Positions 15,231 through 24,270 of a DNA stretch of 24,528 nt are shown piece by piece. How positions within the stretch are numbered: position 1 is the stretch's first letter; the number at the start of each line of letters is the position of its first letter. The notes below the pieces were generated by a model. It had not been told where the DNA came from. It did no database searches and saw nothing but the letters and a program-made list of their open reading frames with translations. The DNA lies in NCBI GenBank assembly GCA_013152165.1, contig JAADGY010000061.1, forward strand, positions 1 to 24,528. Direction: 5' to 3'. A program made the position numbers and the translations under genes. The stretch is from a bacterium. Lineage in GTDB: Bacteria > Patescibacteriota > Microgenomatia > JAADGY01.

Positions 15231-16532
15231 ATGGCGAAGCAGATGGAGTTAACCAACACAGCCGGTGCCGGAGAGGAAGTGTTTCAAGTAAGCGAGTTTA
15301 ATCAGTTTATCAATAATTTGATTTCACTGCGCCAGTTTAAGGTTGAAGGCGAGATAAGCGAGATAAACATCAGACAAAACAGGTGGGTGTTTATTACCTT
15401 GAAAGATCCGGAAAAAGAAGAGGTTTTGAAAGTGTTTTCGACCTTTTATCAAGTGAGGGAAAATCTGGAGTTTTTGCAGGTGGGAGCCCTGGTGCAGGTG
15501 TGCGGCTATCCAAAGTTGTATGGCAAAAGCGGCCGGTTCAGCCTGTCGGCTTATAAAATCCTGCCGGTGGGGGACGGCAAATTGCAAAGAGCCTTTTTAG
15601 AGTTAAAGGCCAAACTGCAAGCCGAAGGCTTGTTTGATGAATCGCGGAAACGGCGATTGCCGGGGTATCCAAGGGCGGTTTTTTTATTAACAGCGCCGGA
15701 GTCAAGGGCTTATTCTGATTTTATCAAGGTTACCCAGGAAAGGGGGTTTGGGGTTATAAAAATCAAACATGTACCAATCAGTGCCCAAGGAGCTGAGGCG
15801 GTGCCGTCGATCCTGCGGGCTTTTCGGTTGGTAAGGGCCCAGGCTGACGAGGCTGATTTGGCGGTTATAACCCGGGGAGGCGGCAGTTTAGAGGATTTGC
15901 AGGCGTTTAACGATGAGGAGGTAGTGCGGGCGGCGTTTGGACTGCCGATTCCGCTGGTGAGTGCGATTGGGCATGAAGCCGATGTTTCGCTTATAGACTA
16001 TGTGGCGGATGTGCGGGCTTCGACCCCGTCTAATGCGGCCGAGATTATTTTTCCGTCGCTGGCCGAGGTAGGCCAGGAAGTGGAGCTGTTAAGCCGAAGC
16101 TTGGCCCATTATATGAACCAAAAGCTGGAAGCGGCTTGGTATAGATTTATGATGTTAAAAAAGAGCTTGGCCGGTTCGTTTACGGCGCCGATGGAAAGGT
16201 TAAGCAACTTAGAAACGCGGCTGAAGTCATTACTGGTTCATTATCATCAGCGTTTGGGCTGGCTGGAGGGGCAGCTGCCGGTTTTGTCTGCCCGGCTTGT
16301 AGAAAATCAAGCTCAAGCGTTAAGGTTGGGTTGGCAAAGGTATCGGCAGTATAAAAGCTTGGTGATATCGTTTGACCCGCGGGCGGTTTTGAAGCGGGGG
16401 TATTCAATCACAACCGATGCTTCCGGCCGGTTGATCAAAGACGCCGGACAGATTCAAATCAACAAGGTGTTGATGACCTACTTAAGAAAGGGTAAAATAA
16501 AATCACAAGTAAAGGAGGTTTATGAAAAATAA
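15231..16532 (+). CDS. xseA: Exodeoxyribonuclease VII large subunit
   Basis: OB-fold VEGEISE, RGGGSLEDLQAFNDEEVVRA, SAIGHEADVSLIDYVADVRASTPSNAAE, VLKRGYSI; start moved to ATG 15231 (6 nt after TG-G-CATAAT). Confidence 0.95.
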   Translation: MAKQMELTNTAGAGEEVFQVSEFNQFINNLISLRQFKVEGEISEINIRQNRWVFITLKDPEKEEVLKVFSTFYQVRENLEFLQVGALVQVCGYPKLYGKSGRFSLSAYKILPVGDGKLQRAFLELKAKLQAEGLFDESRKRRLPGYPRAVFLLTAPESRAYSDFIKVTQERGFGVIKIKHVPISAQGAEAVPSILRAFRLVRAQADEADLAVITRGGGSLEDLQAFNDEEVVRAAFGLPIPLVSAIGHEADVSLIDYVADVRASTPSNAAEIIFPSLAEVGQEVELLSRSLAHYMNQKLEAAWYRFMMLKKSLAGSFTAPMERLSNLETRLKSLLVHYHQRLGWLEGQLPVLSARLVENQAQALRLGWQRYRQYKSLVISFDPRAVLKRGYSITTDASGRLIKDAGQIQINKVLMTYLRKGKIKSQVKEVYEK

Positions 16533-16737
16533 GAAAGCGGGCAGTATTAATGATGACTTCAAGCTGTTGGAGGAGTTGGTGTCTAAACTATCAAGCGAGC
16601 AGGATAATTTGGAGGAGTCGATAGGCTTGTTTAAACAGGGAGTTGAGGTGGTCAAACGACTAAAAACCAAACTGACTAAAGCCAAGGTAGAGGTGGAGCA
16701 GATTCAGGAAGAGTTGGAGACGGCGGTCAAAGAATAG
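16522..16737 (+). CDS. xseB: Exodeoxyribonuclease VII small subunit
   Basis: LEELVSKL..LEESIGLFKQG pattern; overlaps the xseA end; AGGAGG upstream. Confidence 0.9.
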   Translation: MKNKKAGSINDDFKLLEELVSKLSSEQDNLEESIGLFKQGVEVVKRLKTKLTKAKVEVEQIQEELETAVKE

Positions 16738-16743
16738 CCCAAA

Positions 16744-17655
16744 CTAGCTTTTCAGCCAATCATCAGAGCCAAAGAAGAAGTCTAAAAGCTGTTTGATTCC
16801 CTTGTTTGTTTCGAGGGGGTTGCCGTTTAATTGAATGGTTACCAAGGTGCGGTTGGTGGTTCTTTTGAGTTTGACTTTAAGTTTTTTGGCGTTTTTGCCT
16901 TTGAGGTTGAGTTTTTGGCTAAAAAACTGGTGCAGTTTTTTTTCGATAGCCGGCAGTTTGTTTTGGGAAATGTAGCCGGCTTCGTCGATGTCAGGCAGTT
17001 GGTCTTTGTTGGTGGATTTAATTGAGCGGATGCCAAGCAGCATTTCTTTGTAGCGGCGGGCGATTTCTTCGGTTCGGCGAACCGAAGCTGATTCTTTGAG
17101 AACTTGTTTGTAAGCTTGGATCATGGCCTGCTGGTCGGGAATGCCGACTAAGGCGCGGGCGTGCCCTTCGGAGATAAGGCCGGCGATAAGCCCGTCTTTT
17201 AGAGCGTCAGGCAGCTGAAGCAGTCGGAGAGTGTTGACCACGTAAGGCAGGCTTTTGCTGATTTGTTCAGAGATTTCTTTTTCGGAAAGGCCGAATTCCT
17301 GGACCAGACGCTGGAAGGCAATGGCTCTTTCGATGGGGTTTAAGTTTTCCCGCTGGACGTTTTCCACGATCGCCATTTCAAGCATTTTTTGAGGAGTGGT
17401 TTCTTTGACGATGGCCGGGACTTGTTGGAAGCCGGCTAGTTTAGCGGCCCGCCAGCGGCGTTCGCCGGCGATGATCTGATAACCGGCTGGGGTATGGGCG
17501 ACAACTAAAGGTTCAAGAACGCCGTGTTTTTTGATGGAGCTGACTAAATCAGATAAGCTGTTGTCGTCGAAGTGGCCTCTTGGCTGAAGGGGGTTGGGTT
17601 GAAGGATGTCGATGTCAAGCAAAACAATTGCCTGAGATGATGATGTCTGAGTCAT
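16744..17655 (-). CDS. parB: ParB/Spo0J-family partition protein
   Basis: PNPLQPR, GVLEPLVV, YQIIAGERRWRAA, ENVQRENLNPIERA, HTH region, LISEGHARAL. Confidence 0.93.
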   Translation of the reverse strand: MTQTSSSQAIVLLDIDILQPNPLQPRGHFDDNSLSDLVSSIKKHGVLEPLVVAHTPAGYQIIAGERRWRAAKLAGFQQVPAIVKETTPQKMLEMAIVENVQRENLNPIERAIAFQRLVQEFGLSEKEISEQISKSLPYVVNTLRLLQLPDALKDGLIAGLISEGHARALVGIPDQQAMIQAYKQVLKESASVRRTEEIARRYKEMLLGIRSIKSTNKDQLPDIDEAGYISQNKLPAIEKKLHQFFSQKLNLKGKNAKKLKVKLKRTTNRTLVTIQLNGNPLETNKGIKQLLDFFFGSDDWLKS

Positions 17656-17656
17656 G

Positions 17657-17914
17657 TTAGTTTTGACTTATAATGTCGACGAATTTTTTACCCCATTTCT
17701 GGCGGAAAGCGACGATGCCGTCTTTGATGGCGTACAGGGTAAAGTCGCGGCCTTTTTTAACGTTTTTGCCGGGGTGGAATTTAGTGCCGTGCTGACGGAC
17801 TAAAATATTGCCGACCTTTACTGTTTGACCGCCGAAGAGTTTGACTCCTAGTCTTTTGCCTTTGCGGCGGGAACCTTGTCTAGCTTTACTGCCGGTGGCT
17901 TTTGATTTGGCCAT
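17657..17914 (-). CDS. rpmA: 50S ribosomal protein L27
   Basis: [41 protein letters not shown]. Confidence 0.96.
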   Translation of the reverse strand: MAKSKATGSKARQGSRRKGKRLGVKLFGGQTVKVGNILVRQHGTKFHPGKNVKKGRDFTLYAIKDGIVAFRQKWGKKFVDIISQN

Positions 17915-17920
17915 AGTATC

Positions 17921-19135
17921 TTATTTCCTAATTAGAATATAAATCTGTCTTCTAATAACTAAATCCCTTTGACTTTTGATAGTAAAAGGACCTTTGTAGA
18001 GAGTATAATCGAAGACACCCCACTTGTCAATTAGATTTAAACTGTAAAAACGGTTGTGAAAATGAAAAGTGGGCAGAATAACAACCAGTCTGGTTTTGGA
18101 TTTAGGCTTGAGGATTTTAAGCTGGTTTTTTAACCATTTTGAATAAAGCTTGGTTAGATTAAAAATCATTCGTTCGATGGCTTGGTGAGTGAGGGGTGTG
18201 TTGGGTTGGCTGGCGGTGACGTAGTATTGCTTCCCGGCTCGGTTGGTTTTGGTCCTAAAGGATGGGCCAAGATATGGTTCGGTAGCAACGGCGATGATGG
18301 TTTTTTCTTCGATAATCTTGTTAAGTTTAGTGGAGTCGCCTGGGTATAAGATAGCTTTGTTGGTTAGGTTATGGTGGCTAATAAAATGGTCGATGTTTTG
18401 CTTAAGCCCAGCAAATGAAGTGGGGTGTTTCTCGATACCGATAACCGATAGGCCCAGGTCAAGGGCTTCGATAAGAATGGTGCCGCTGCCGGCGAATGGA
18501 TCAAGCAGATATTGGTCAGTTAAGTAAAGATTAGGAGGCTGATTAAGGCTAAGGTTGACCATTATACGGGCGATTTTGTGAGGCACCATGCCTTCAGCCG
18601 GCTGAACAAAAGGTTTATGCTTGTCTTTTCTCATGTAGGCTTCCCATGGGTAGTACCAGGTCAGCTTCAGCAGGTAAAAGGTGTTTTTAAGATGGACGAT
18701 GATAAAAACCAGGGTGTGCTTTAGCTGCCGGGAGTTGAGCCTGGGCCGTTTGAGGTTAATATATGAGAGCTTGATGGTTTGTTTGAGTTGCTGAGTTAGC
18801 TGTTGGGATAGATCAGGTTGGTAATGGTCGTTGGCGTAGGCAAAGATGCCGAATTTTTTGATGGAGGGGTCGGCAAGTTTTTTAAAATGGGTTTGGATAA
18901 GCCGAGGGATTGCGTCTGCGGTGTGGGCGGTGTCGATTTGCTCGGCGGTCCAAACTGTGCCGCCAAGCCGGTTGATGGTAACGGCGGGTATAGGTTGATC
19001 GGTTTCGATGATAAAGTTGGAAAAATGAAGTATGGGGTTGGTTATTTTTATCTTGTGCTGAAGCAAGACTTCTTCAACCTCGGTTTGGGCGAGCGGAATA
19101 GAGGTGGGTGAGAGATGAAACCAGGTTTTAATCAC
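17921..19135 (-). CDS. Class I SAM-dependent amino-methyltransferase, Trm11/Trm14(UPF0020)-like; GTG start
   Basis: Motif I LLDPFAGSGTILIEA, motif IV-like TEPYLGP, GMVPHKIARIMVNL preceding the Rossmann fold; substrate unknown. Confidence 0.75.
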   Translation of the reverse strand: MIKTWFHLSPTSIPLAQTEVEEVLLQHKIKITNPILHFSNFIIETDQPIPAVTINRLGGTVWTAEQIDTAHTADAIPRLIQTHFKKLADPSIKKFGIFAYANDHYQPDLSQQLTQQLKQTIKLSYINLKRPRLNSRQLKHTLVFIIVHLKNTFYLLKLTWYYPWEAYMRKDKHKPFVQPAEGMVPHKIARIMVNLSLNQPPNLYLTDQYLLDPFAGSGTILIEALDLGLSVIGIEKHPTSFAGLKQNIDHFISHHNLTNKAILYPGDSTKLNKIIEEKTIIAVATEPYLGPSFRTKTNRAGKQYYVTASQPNTPLTHQAIERMIFNLTKLYSKWLKNQLKILKPKSKTRLVVILPTFHFHNRFYSLNLIDKWGVFDYTLYKGPFTIKSQRDLVIRRQIYILIRK

Positions 19136-19147
19136 GGGACCTTTGTC

Positions 19148-19480
19148 TTATTTAGTTTTAGTTTGGATTTGAGTAATTTCTAAGCGGGTAAATTGTTGCC
19201 TGAAGCCGACGCGCCGGCGATAACGGGATTTGGCTTTGTAGTGGATTTCGGTTGTTTTTGGCCCTTTATGGTGTTTAATGACTTTGGCTTTGACGGTGAT
19301 GTTGCCAAGGTGCGGCCGGCCGGCTGTGATGTTGTTTTCAGGGTCGATAACAGCCAGGACATTGGGCAGAGTAACAACCTTGCCCTCTTCAAACTGTTTT
19401 TGGAGGGGAACGTCGATGATCGAGCCTTGAGAAACTTGGTACTGATGATTGGCTATATCAATGATAATAGTTGAAGTCAT
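19148..19480 (-). CDS. rplU: 50S ribosomal protein L21
   Basis: HQYQVSQG, HYKAKSRYRRRVGFRQQFTRLEI; start moved to ATG 19480 (TTGAAC-17-TATAAT-7-ATG). Confidence 0.93.
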   Translation of the reverse strand: MTSTIIIDIANHQYQVSQGSIIDVPLQKQFEEGKVVTLPNVLAVIDPENNITAGRPHLGNITVKAKVIKHHKGPKTTEIHYKAKSRYRRRVGFRQQFTRLEITQIQTKTK

Positions 19481-19534
19481 GGTTTCGATTATAGCAAAAC
19501 AATGGAATAAGTTCAAAATATCCACCCTTAGGGA

Positions 19535-19637
19535 CAAATCCGAAATTCGAATAACAAGCACGAATCACGTTCCCGGAACGCGGGGAGAAGTAATAACTAA
19601 TAAGTAATAGGTAATAAGATAAAAGAATCCGGGAGCG
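19535..19637. repeat. Composite intergenic repeat, copy B (partial), with heptamer tracts
   Basis: CAAATCC GAAATTC GAATAAC; CGTTCCCGGAACG 19568-19580; TAATAAC TAATAAG TAATAGG TAATAAG 19591-19618; gataaaagaatccggga shared with 24477-24493. Confidence 0.8.
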
Positions 19638-19667
19638 AGGGGGGATTAGAAAGGGCGCTGAGGCTGG

Positions 19668-20783
19668 CTAGGCTTGCTTTAACAAGGGGCGAGTTGGCGT
19701 TGGCGAGAGTTTGGGGCGAGACCGGCTGGTGTGTGAAAAATGATACGGCCGGTTAAGGCGGGCCATAAGCAGGCCGACCAAAGCGAAGGATGTCAACAAA
19801 GAGGATCTGCCGTATGAGATAAACGGCAAAGGCAGTCCGGTAACCGGCAGGATGCCAAGGTTGATGCCGATGTGAAAGAAAGCTTGTAGAACAACAAAGC
19901 CGATGATCATAATAAGGGGCGCGGTTTCGAAAGGCTTAAGGTGTTTTTTGGTTTTGTAAATGGCGAAAAGAAGGTAGAGATAAAGGGCGATAAGAGCCAG
20001 GCCGCCGATTAAGCCGGTGTCCTCGACCCAAACAGCAAAGATGAAATCGGTGTGTGACTCCGGCAGGCTGTGTTGATACAAAGCCGGTTGGTTAAGACTG
20101 CCGAAAATTCGACCGTTTTGAATAGCCAGCCTGGCTTTGATGATGTTGTAGCCGGCTCTTTGGGGATCAGAAAAGGGGTCAAGAAAGGTGACCAGGCGCT
20201 GTTTTTGATAAGGTTTAAGTTGGTACCAAGTAAAAGGAGCGAAACTGATTAGGATAAGACTTAAAAAGATTAGACGTTTGGGGGTGATAAAAACCGGCAG
20301 CCAGGCTAGGATGATGACGAAGGCGATAAACAGAAAGGTGCCAAGATCCGGTTGAAAGAGGATTAAGACTAAAGGCAAGCTGAAAACTGAAGCGATTAAG
20401 GCCAGCGATTTTAGGTTTTTAAGCCTGGCCAAGGGGAATTTAACGACCAGCCACCAGGATAAGAGAGTAAGGGAAAGTTTTATGATTTCCGAGGGTTGAA
20501 GGTGGAGCGGCCCTAAAAAAAGCCAGCGGTGGGCGCCTCTGATGTTGGGGGAAAAAAGAGTCAGAAGCAGAAGAACAAGGCTGAACAGGTAGAAAAAAGG
20601 GGCAAAGTTGATGATGATTGGAAAAGGGAGCAGAGGCAGCAAGCTGATGATGATGAGACCAGCTAGAAAGGCGATTAGCTGGGCTGGGAAAAGTCCGGGT
20701 TTAATGGAGTAAATAATGAAAAGGCCGATAATGGACAGACAGATGATTAAAACCGGCAGGAAAAAATGCTTAGTAAGAGGCAT
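19668..20783 (-). CDS. SEDS-family peptidoglycan polymerase (RodA/FtsW)
   Basis: RWLFLGPLHLQPSEIIK, QPDLGT, PESHTDFIFA, GLPLPFISYG; multiple hydrophobic helices; rodA versus ftsW not resolvable here. Confidence 0.93.
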   Translation of the reverse strand: MPLTKHFFLPVLIICLSIIGLFIIYSIKPGLFPAQLIAFLAGLIIISLLPLLPFPIIINFAPFFYLFSLVLLLLTLFSPNIRGAHRWLFLGPLHLQPSEIIKLSLTLLSWWLVVKFPLARLKNLKSLALIASVFSLPLVLILFQPDLGTFLFIAFVIILAWLPVFITPKRLIFLSLILISFAPFTWYQLKPYQKQRLVTFLDPFSDPQRAGYNIIKARLAIQNGRIFGSLNQPALYQHSLPESHTDFIFAVWVEDTGLIGGLALIALYLYLLFAIYKTKKHLKPFETAPLIMIIGFVVLQAFFHIGINLGILPVTGLPLPFISYGRSSLLTSFALVGLLMARLNRPYHFSHTSRSRPKLSPTPTRPLLKQA

Positions 20784-20806
20784 GAGTACAGTATATAAAT
20801 AAAATG

Positions 20807-21048
20807 TTAAAACTCAAATGTCAAATCTCAAAAATAACTAATAACTAATATGTAATAAGGAATAAGATGAAAAAATGTCAAAGGGCAAAAGCACAAGTTA
20901 AAAGTAAAAAGTAATAAGAAGTAAGAGGATAAAAAAACTTAAACTTCAAGTCTTGAGTAGAAGAACCCTGGGGGCTGCCAAGTTTAACTAATAAGTAAGA
21001 AGGAATAAGATTAAAATAAGTCAAAGGGCAAAGGGCAAAGGGCAAAAG
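20807..21048. repeat. Patchwork of degenerate 7-nt tandem repeats
   Basis: TTAAAAC TCAAATG TCAAATC TCAAAAA; TAATAAC TAATATG TAATAAG; TCAAAGG GCAAAGG GCAAAGG GCAAAAG (21021-21048). Confidence 0.8.
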
Positions 21049-21236
21049 CGAATTGAGTTTGTCAAGTTAGAAAGTTTGTAAAGATGAAAGCAATGGGTGA
21101 GAAATTCCAATGACCAAACTCCGAGAAACAAATGTGGGATCTGGAGTGGGTGGGAGTATGGTAAAAACCGCCAAGAGGTGGTTTATGTGGTGTTTGGGGA
21201 ACTAAAGAAGGATTAGATGTGGTTGTTTTTGGGAGG

Positions 21237-24056
21237 TTAGTTGATTGGTTTAACGGAGAATGGTCCACGGGTAAGGTTGACAGCCAGGGTTTTGGTTTTG
21301 ATAAGTTCGGTGAATTCTTCTGGCCATTCGGGCAATGAAACTTGAATGCGGGCGGTTGGTTGAAGTTTCAATTGGCGGCGCTTGTTTTGAATCTGGCGGA
21401 TAATATCCCTTGCCCTACCCTCTTTTTCAAGTTCGGGAGTGATGTGAGCATCGATGCTGACAGAGAGTTTGTCGGATTTTTTAAGGATTGCCTTTTTAAT
21501 GTTAAGCTCATCAAGAATAATTTGTTGGATGTCCTTTGATAACGATTGGGGAGATTGGATGGTGATTGAGTTAAGCGGCTGCCGGACTTTTAAGTTGGCT
21601 GATTTTCTTTGAGCATGGCCAAGGGAGACGATTTGGCGGGCATGCTCCATCTGAAGGCGGAGCTGTTGGTTTTGCCAGCTGGACGGCAGATCTGGCCAGT
21701 TGGTAAGATGGACTGATTCCTGAGAAGTAAGCAGCTGGTAGATATATTCACTGATAAAAGGAATAAAAGGGGCGACGATTTGAGAGTAAACGGCCAGGGT
21801 GTGGTAGAGAGTGTTTAGGGTTTCAGAAGTTTTGGCCTTGTCTTTCTGCCAAATAGCCACATCGTCACGGATGCGGCGGATGTACCATTGGGATAGATCG
21901 ATAGTAAAGTCAAGGATGGCTTGGGTGGCTTTGTAGAGTTTGTAGCTTTCCATAGCTTGGTCGACCCGTTGTTTCAGCAAGTACGTTTGAGACAGTATCC
22001 ATTGGTTCATAGTTGATAAAGATGAGTAATCCGGCAGTTTTTGGCTGGGGGTGAAGTTGTGGAGGTCGGCGTAGGTTAGGTAGAATTTAAAACTGTTCCA
22101 GTAGGTGGTGATAAGTTTTTCTTTGATTTCATTTAGGTCCTTATCGTTAAAGCGAAGATCATTGCCTTTTACTAAAGGAGAGTTAACCAAGTAAAAGCGC
22201 AGGGCATCAGCGCCGTATTTTTGGACGGTTTTCATTGGGTCTGGGTAGTTTTTCTTGGATTTGCTCATCTTTTGACCGTCGGCGGCCAGGACGATACCGG
22301 TGGTAATACAGTTTTTGAAAGCCGGTTTTTTAAATAAAGCGTTGGCTAAGACATGGAGAGTGTAAAACCAGCCTCTGGTTTGGTCGATAGCTTCGGCGAT
22401 GAAGTCAGCTGGGAAGTGGGATTCGAACCTTTGTTTGTTTTCAAATGGGTAATGAAAAGAGGCGTAAGGCATGGAGCCGGATTCGAACCAGCAGTCAAGG
22501 ACATCGCCGGCCAGGCGCATCGTTTCGCCGGTGTCTTTATCCTGCCAAGTAATGTTTTTAATTTTATGAAGGTGAAGATCGGTGATTTTTTGACCGGTTA
22601 AGTTTTGGAGCTCTTGGCGGGAGCCGACCACCGTGGTTTTGCCGGTTTTTTCACCTTGCCAGACAGGTAAAGGCGTGCCCCAGAAACGGCTGCGGGAGAT
22701 AGACCAATCGCGGACGTTTTCCAGCCACTTGCCGAATCGGCCGTTTTTAATATGGGCCGGCACCCAATGAATTTGTTGATTAGTTTTTATAAGATTGTCT
22801 TTTATTTGAGTGACTTTAACAAACCATGATTTGGCGGCGAAGTTTAACAAAGGCGTGTCGCAACGCCAGCAATGCGGGTATGAGTGGGTAATAACTTCTT
22901 GTTTAAAGACGAGTTGGCGAGAGTTAAGTTTATTTAGGATAAGATCGTTTAATTGGAAGACGTCGGTGTTTTGCCATTGAGGGTAGAGGCTGCTGTCTGC
23001 TTGACCGGTGATGGTGATGTGTTGGAGGATCGGCAGGTTGAGTGATTGGCCCAGGTAAAAGTCGTCTTCACCAAAGGCAGGAGCGATGTGGACGATGCCG
23101 GTGCCTTCTTCCAGAGAAACAAAGTCAGCGGTGACTACTTGATAAGCTTTGGATGATGGATCAAAGTTTTGAGGAGTGAAAAGCGGTTGGTATTTAAGAT
23201 TGACTAATTCTTGGCTGTTTAGGCCTTTAATAACTTGGTAATCGGTATCTTGGAAAACTGCTTCAAGGCGGGATTTGGCAAGGATGTAATAAGCATGGCC
23301 GGATTTGACTTTCACATAAGGAGTGTTGGGAGCGACCGCTAGCAGCATATTGCCCGGTAGAGTCCAAGGAGTGGTGGTCCAGGCCAAAAGATAGGTGTCG
23401 GCTTGGCCTTTAACGGGGAATTTGACAAAAACAGAAATATCTTGTTTGTCTTTGTAGGCTAAAGAGACTTCAAAGTTGGATAAAGGCGTGGCACAGCGGG
23501 GGCAGATATGAGCCGGCCGGTGGCCTTGGTAGATCAAACCTTTTTCATATAAGGTTTTGAAAACCCACCAGATTGATTCCATATAGTTGGGATCCATGGT
23601 TTTGTAGTCATTAACGAAGTCAACCCAGCGGCCAAGGCGGGGGATGATTTTTTGCCACTCGGTGACGTAACGGGTGACGATGCTGCGGCAGGCTTCGTTA
23701 AAGTTGTCTACACCCCATTCCAGGATTTGTTGGCGGTTTTTGATGTTTTTTTCCTTTTCTAGCTCGTATTCGACCGGCAGACCGTGACAGTCCCAGCCGA
23801 AGCGGCGTTCGACGCGGTAACCGCGCATGGTAAAGTAGCGGGGAACGATGTCCTTGATAGTGCTTTGAACTATATGGCCGTAATGAGGCAAGCCGGTGGC
23901 GAACGGCGGCCCGTCGTAAAAAACGTATTCTTTGTCCGGCGAGCGCTGGTCGATGCTTTTTTGAAAGGTGCGATGTTTTTGCCAAAATTTAAGAATTTCG
24001 GTTTCGATTTTGTCGACCTGGGGCCGGGGTGGAAGCTGAACTGGTTTTTTAGCCAT
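21237..24056 (-). CDS. ileS: Isoleucine--tRNA ligase, type 2 (IleRS2)
   Basis: DGPPFATGLPHYGH, GWDCHGLPVE, WSISRSRFWGTPLP, KMSKS; no C-terminal Zn finger; start moved to ATG 24056 (TTGAGT-17-TATAAT-6-ATG). Confidence 0.97.
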   Translation of the reverse strand: MAKKPVQLPPRPQVDKIETEILKFWQKHRTFQKSIDQRSPDKEYVFYDGPPFATGLPHYGHIVQSTIKDIVPRYFTMRGYRVERRFGWDCHGLPVEYELEKEKNIKNRQQILEWGVDNFNEACRSIVTRYVTEWQKIIPRLGRWVDFVNDYKTMDPNYMESIWWVFKTLYEKGLIYQGHRPAHICPRCATPLSNFEVSLAYKDKQDISVFVKFPVKGQADTYLLAWTTTPWTLPGNMLLAVAPNTPYVKVKSGHAYYILAKSRLEAVFQDTDYQVIKGLNSQELVNLKYQPLFTPQNFDPSSKAYQVVTADFVSLEEGTGIVHIAPAFGEDDFYLGQSLNLPILQHITITGQADSSLYPQWQNTDVFQLNDLILNKLNSRQLVFKQEVITHSYPHCWRCDTPLLNFAAKSWFVKVTQIKDNLIKTNQQIHWVPAHIKNGRFGKWLENVRDWSISRSRFWGTPLPVWQGEKTGKTTVVGSRQELQNLTGQKITDLHLHKIKNITWQDKDTGETMRLAGDVLDCWFESGSMPYASFHYPFENKQRFESHFPADFIAEAIDQTRGWFYTLHVLANALFKKPAFKNCITTGIVLAADGQKMSKSKKNYPDPMKTVQKYGADALRFYLVNSPLVKGNDLRFNDKDLNEIKEKLITTYWNSFKFYLTYADLHNFTPSQKLPDYSSLSTMNQWILSQTYLLKQRVDQAMESYKLYKATQAILDFTIDLSQWYIRRIRDDVAIWQKDKAKTSETLNTLYHTLAVYSQIVAPFIPFISEYIYQLLTSQESVHLTNWPDLPSSWQNQQLRLQMEHARQIVSLGHAQRKSANLKVRQPLNSITIQSPQSLSKDIQQIILDELNIKKAILKKSDKLSVSIDAHITPELEKEGRARDIIRQIQNKRRQLKLQPTARIQVSLPEWPEEFTELIKTKTLAVNLTRGPFSVKPIN

Positions 24057-24126
24057 GGTGATATTATACAAACTTAAAACTTAAAACTCAAAAAGTTGCT
24101 GGTTATGCGGAGTGGATATGAACGAC

Positions 24127-24203
24127 TGGTGGACCTGGGGGGAGTCGAACCCCCGACCTCTCCGATGCGAACGGAGTGCTCTAGCCAACTGAGCTACAGG
24201 CCC
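24127..24203 (-). tRNA. tRNA-Ala (anticodon CGC), CCA encoded
   Basis: GGGCCTG..CAGGTCC acceptor stem with G3:U70, A73, anticodon arm CTCCG-TTCGCAT-CGGAG, T-arm GGGGG-TTCGACT-CCCCC; 77 nt. Confidence 0.97.
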
Positions 24204-24270
24204 GATATGCAATGCAAAACTGCAATGTAAAGTTGAACTTTGGTTTTGAGTGGTGAATGTATTATATAAG

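Noticed and set aside
21165-21184. AAACCGCC-AAGA-GGTGGTTT as the ileS terminator
   Set aside because: On the ileS (minus) strand the stem has an A-C mismatch; plausible but too weak to call
21062-21268. 68-aa ORF downstream of ileS
   Set aside because: Overlaps the ileS end, composition reflects strand skew, no start signal
943-24077. Numerous 60-170 aa ORFs antisense or out of frame within long genes (e.g. 5327-5569, 6409-6852, 7177-7581, 13480-13983, 23784-24077)
   Set aside because: Shadow frames of well-supported genes, with no motifs or independent start signals
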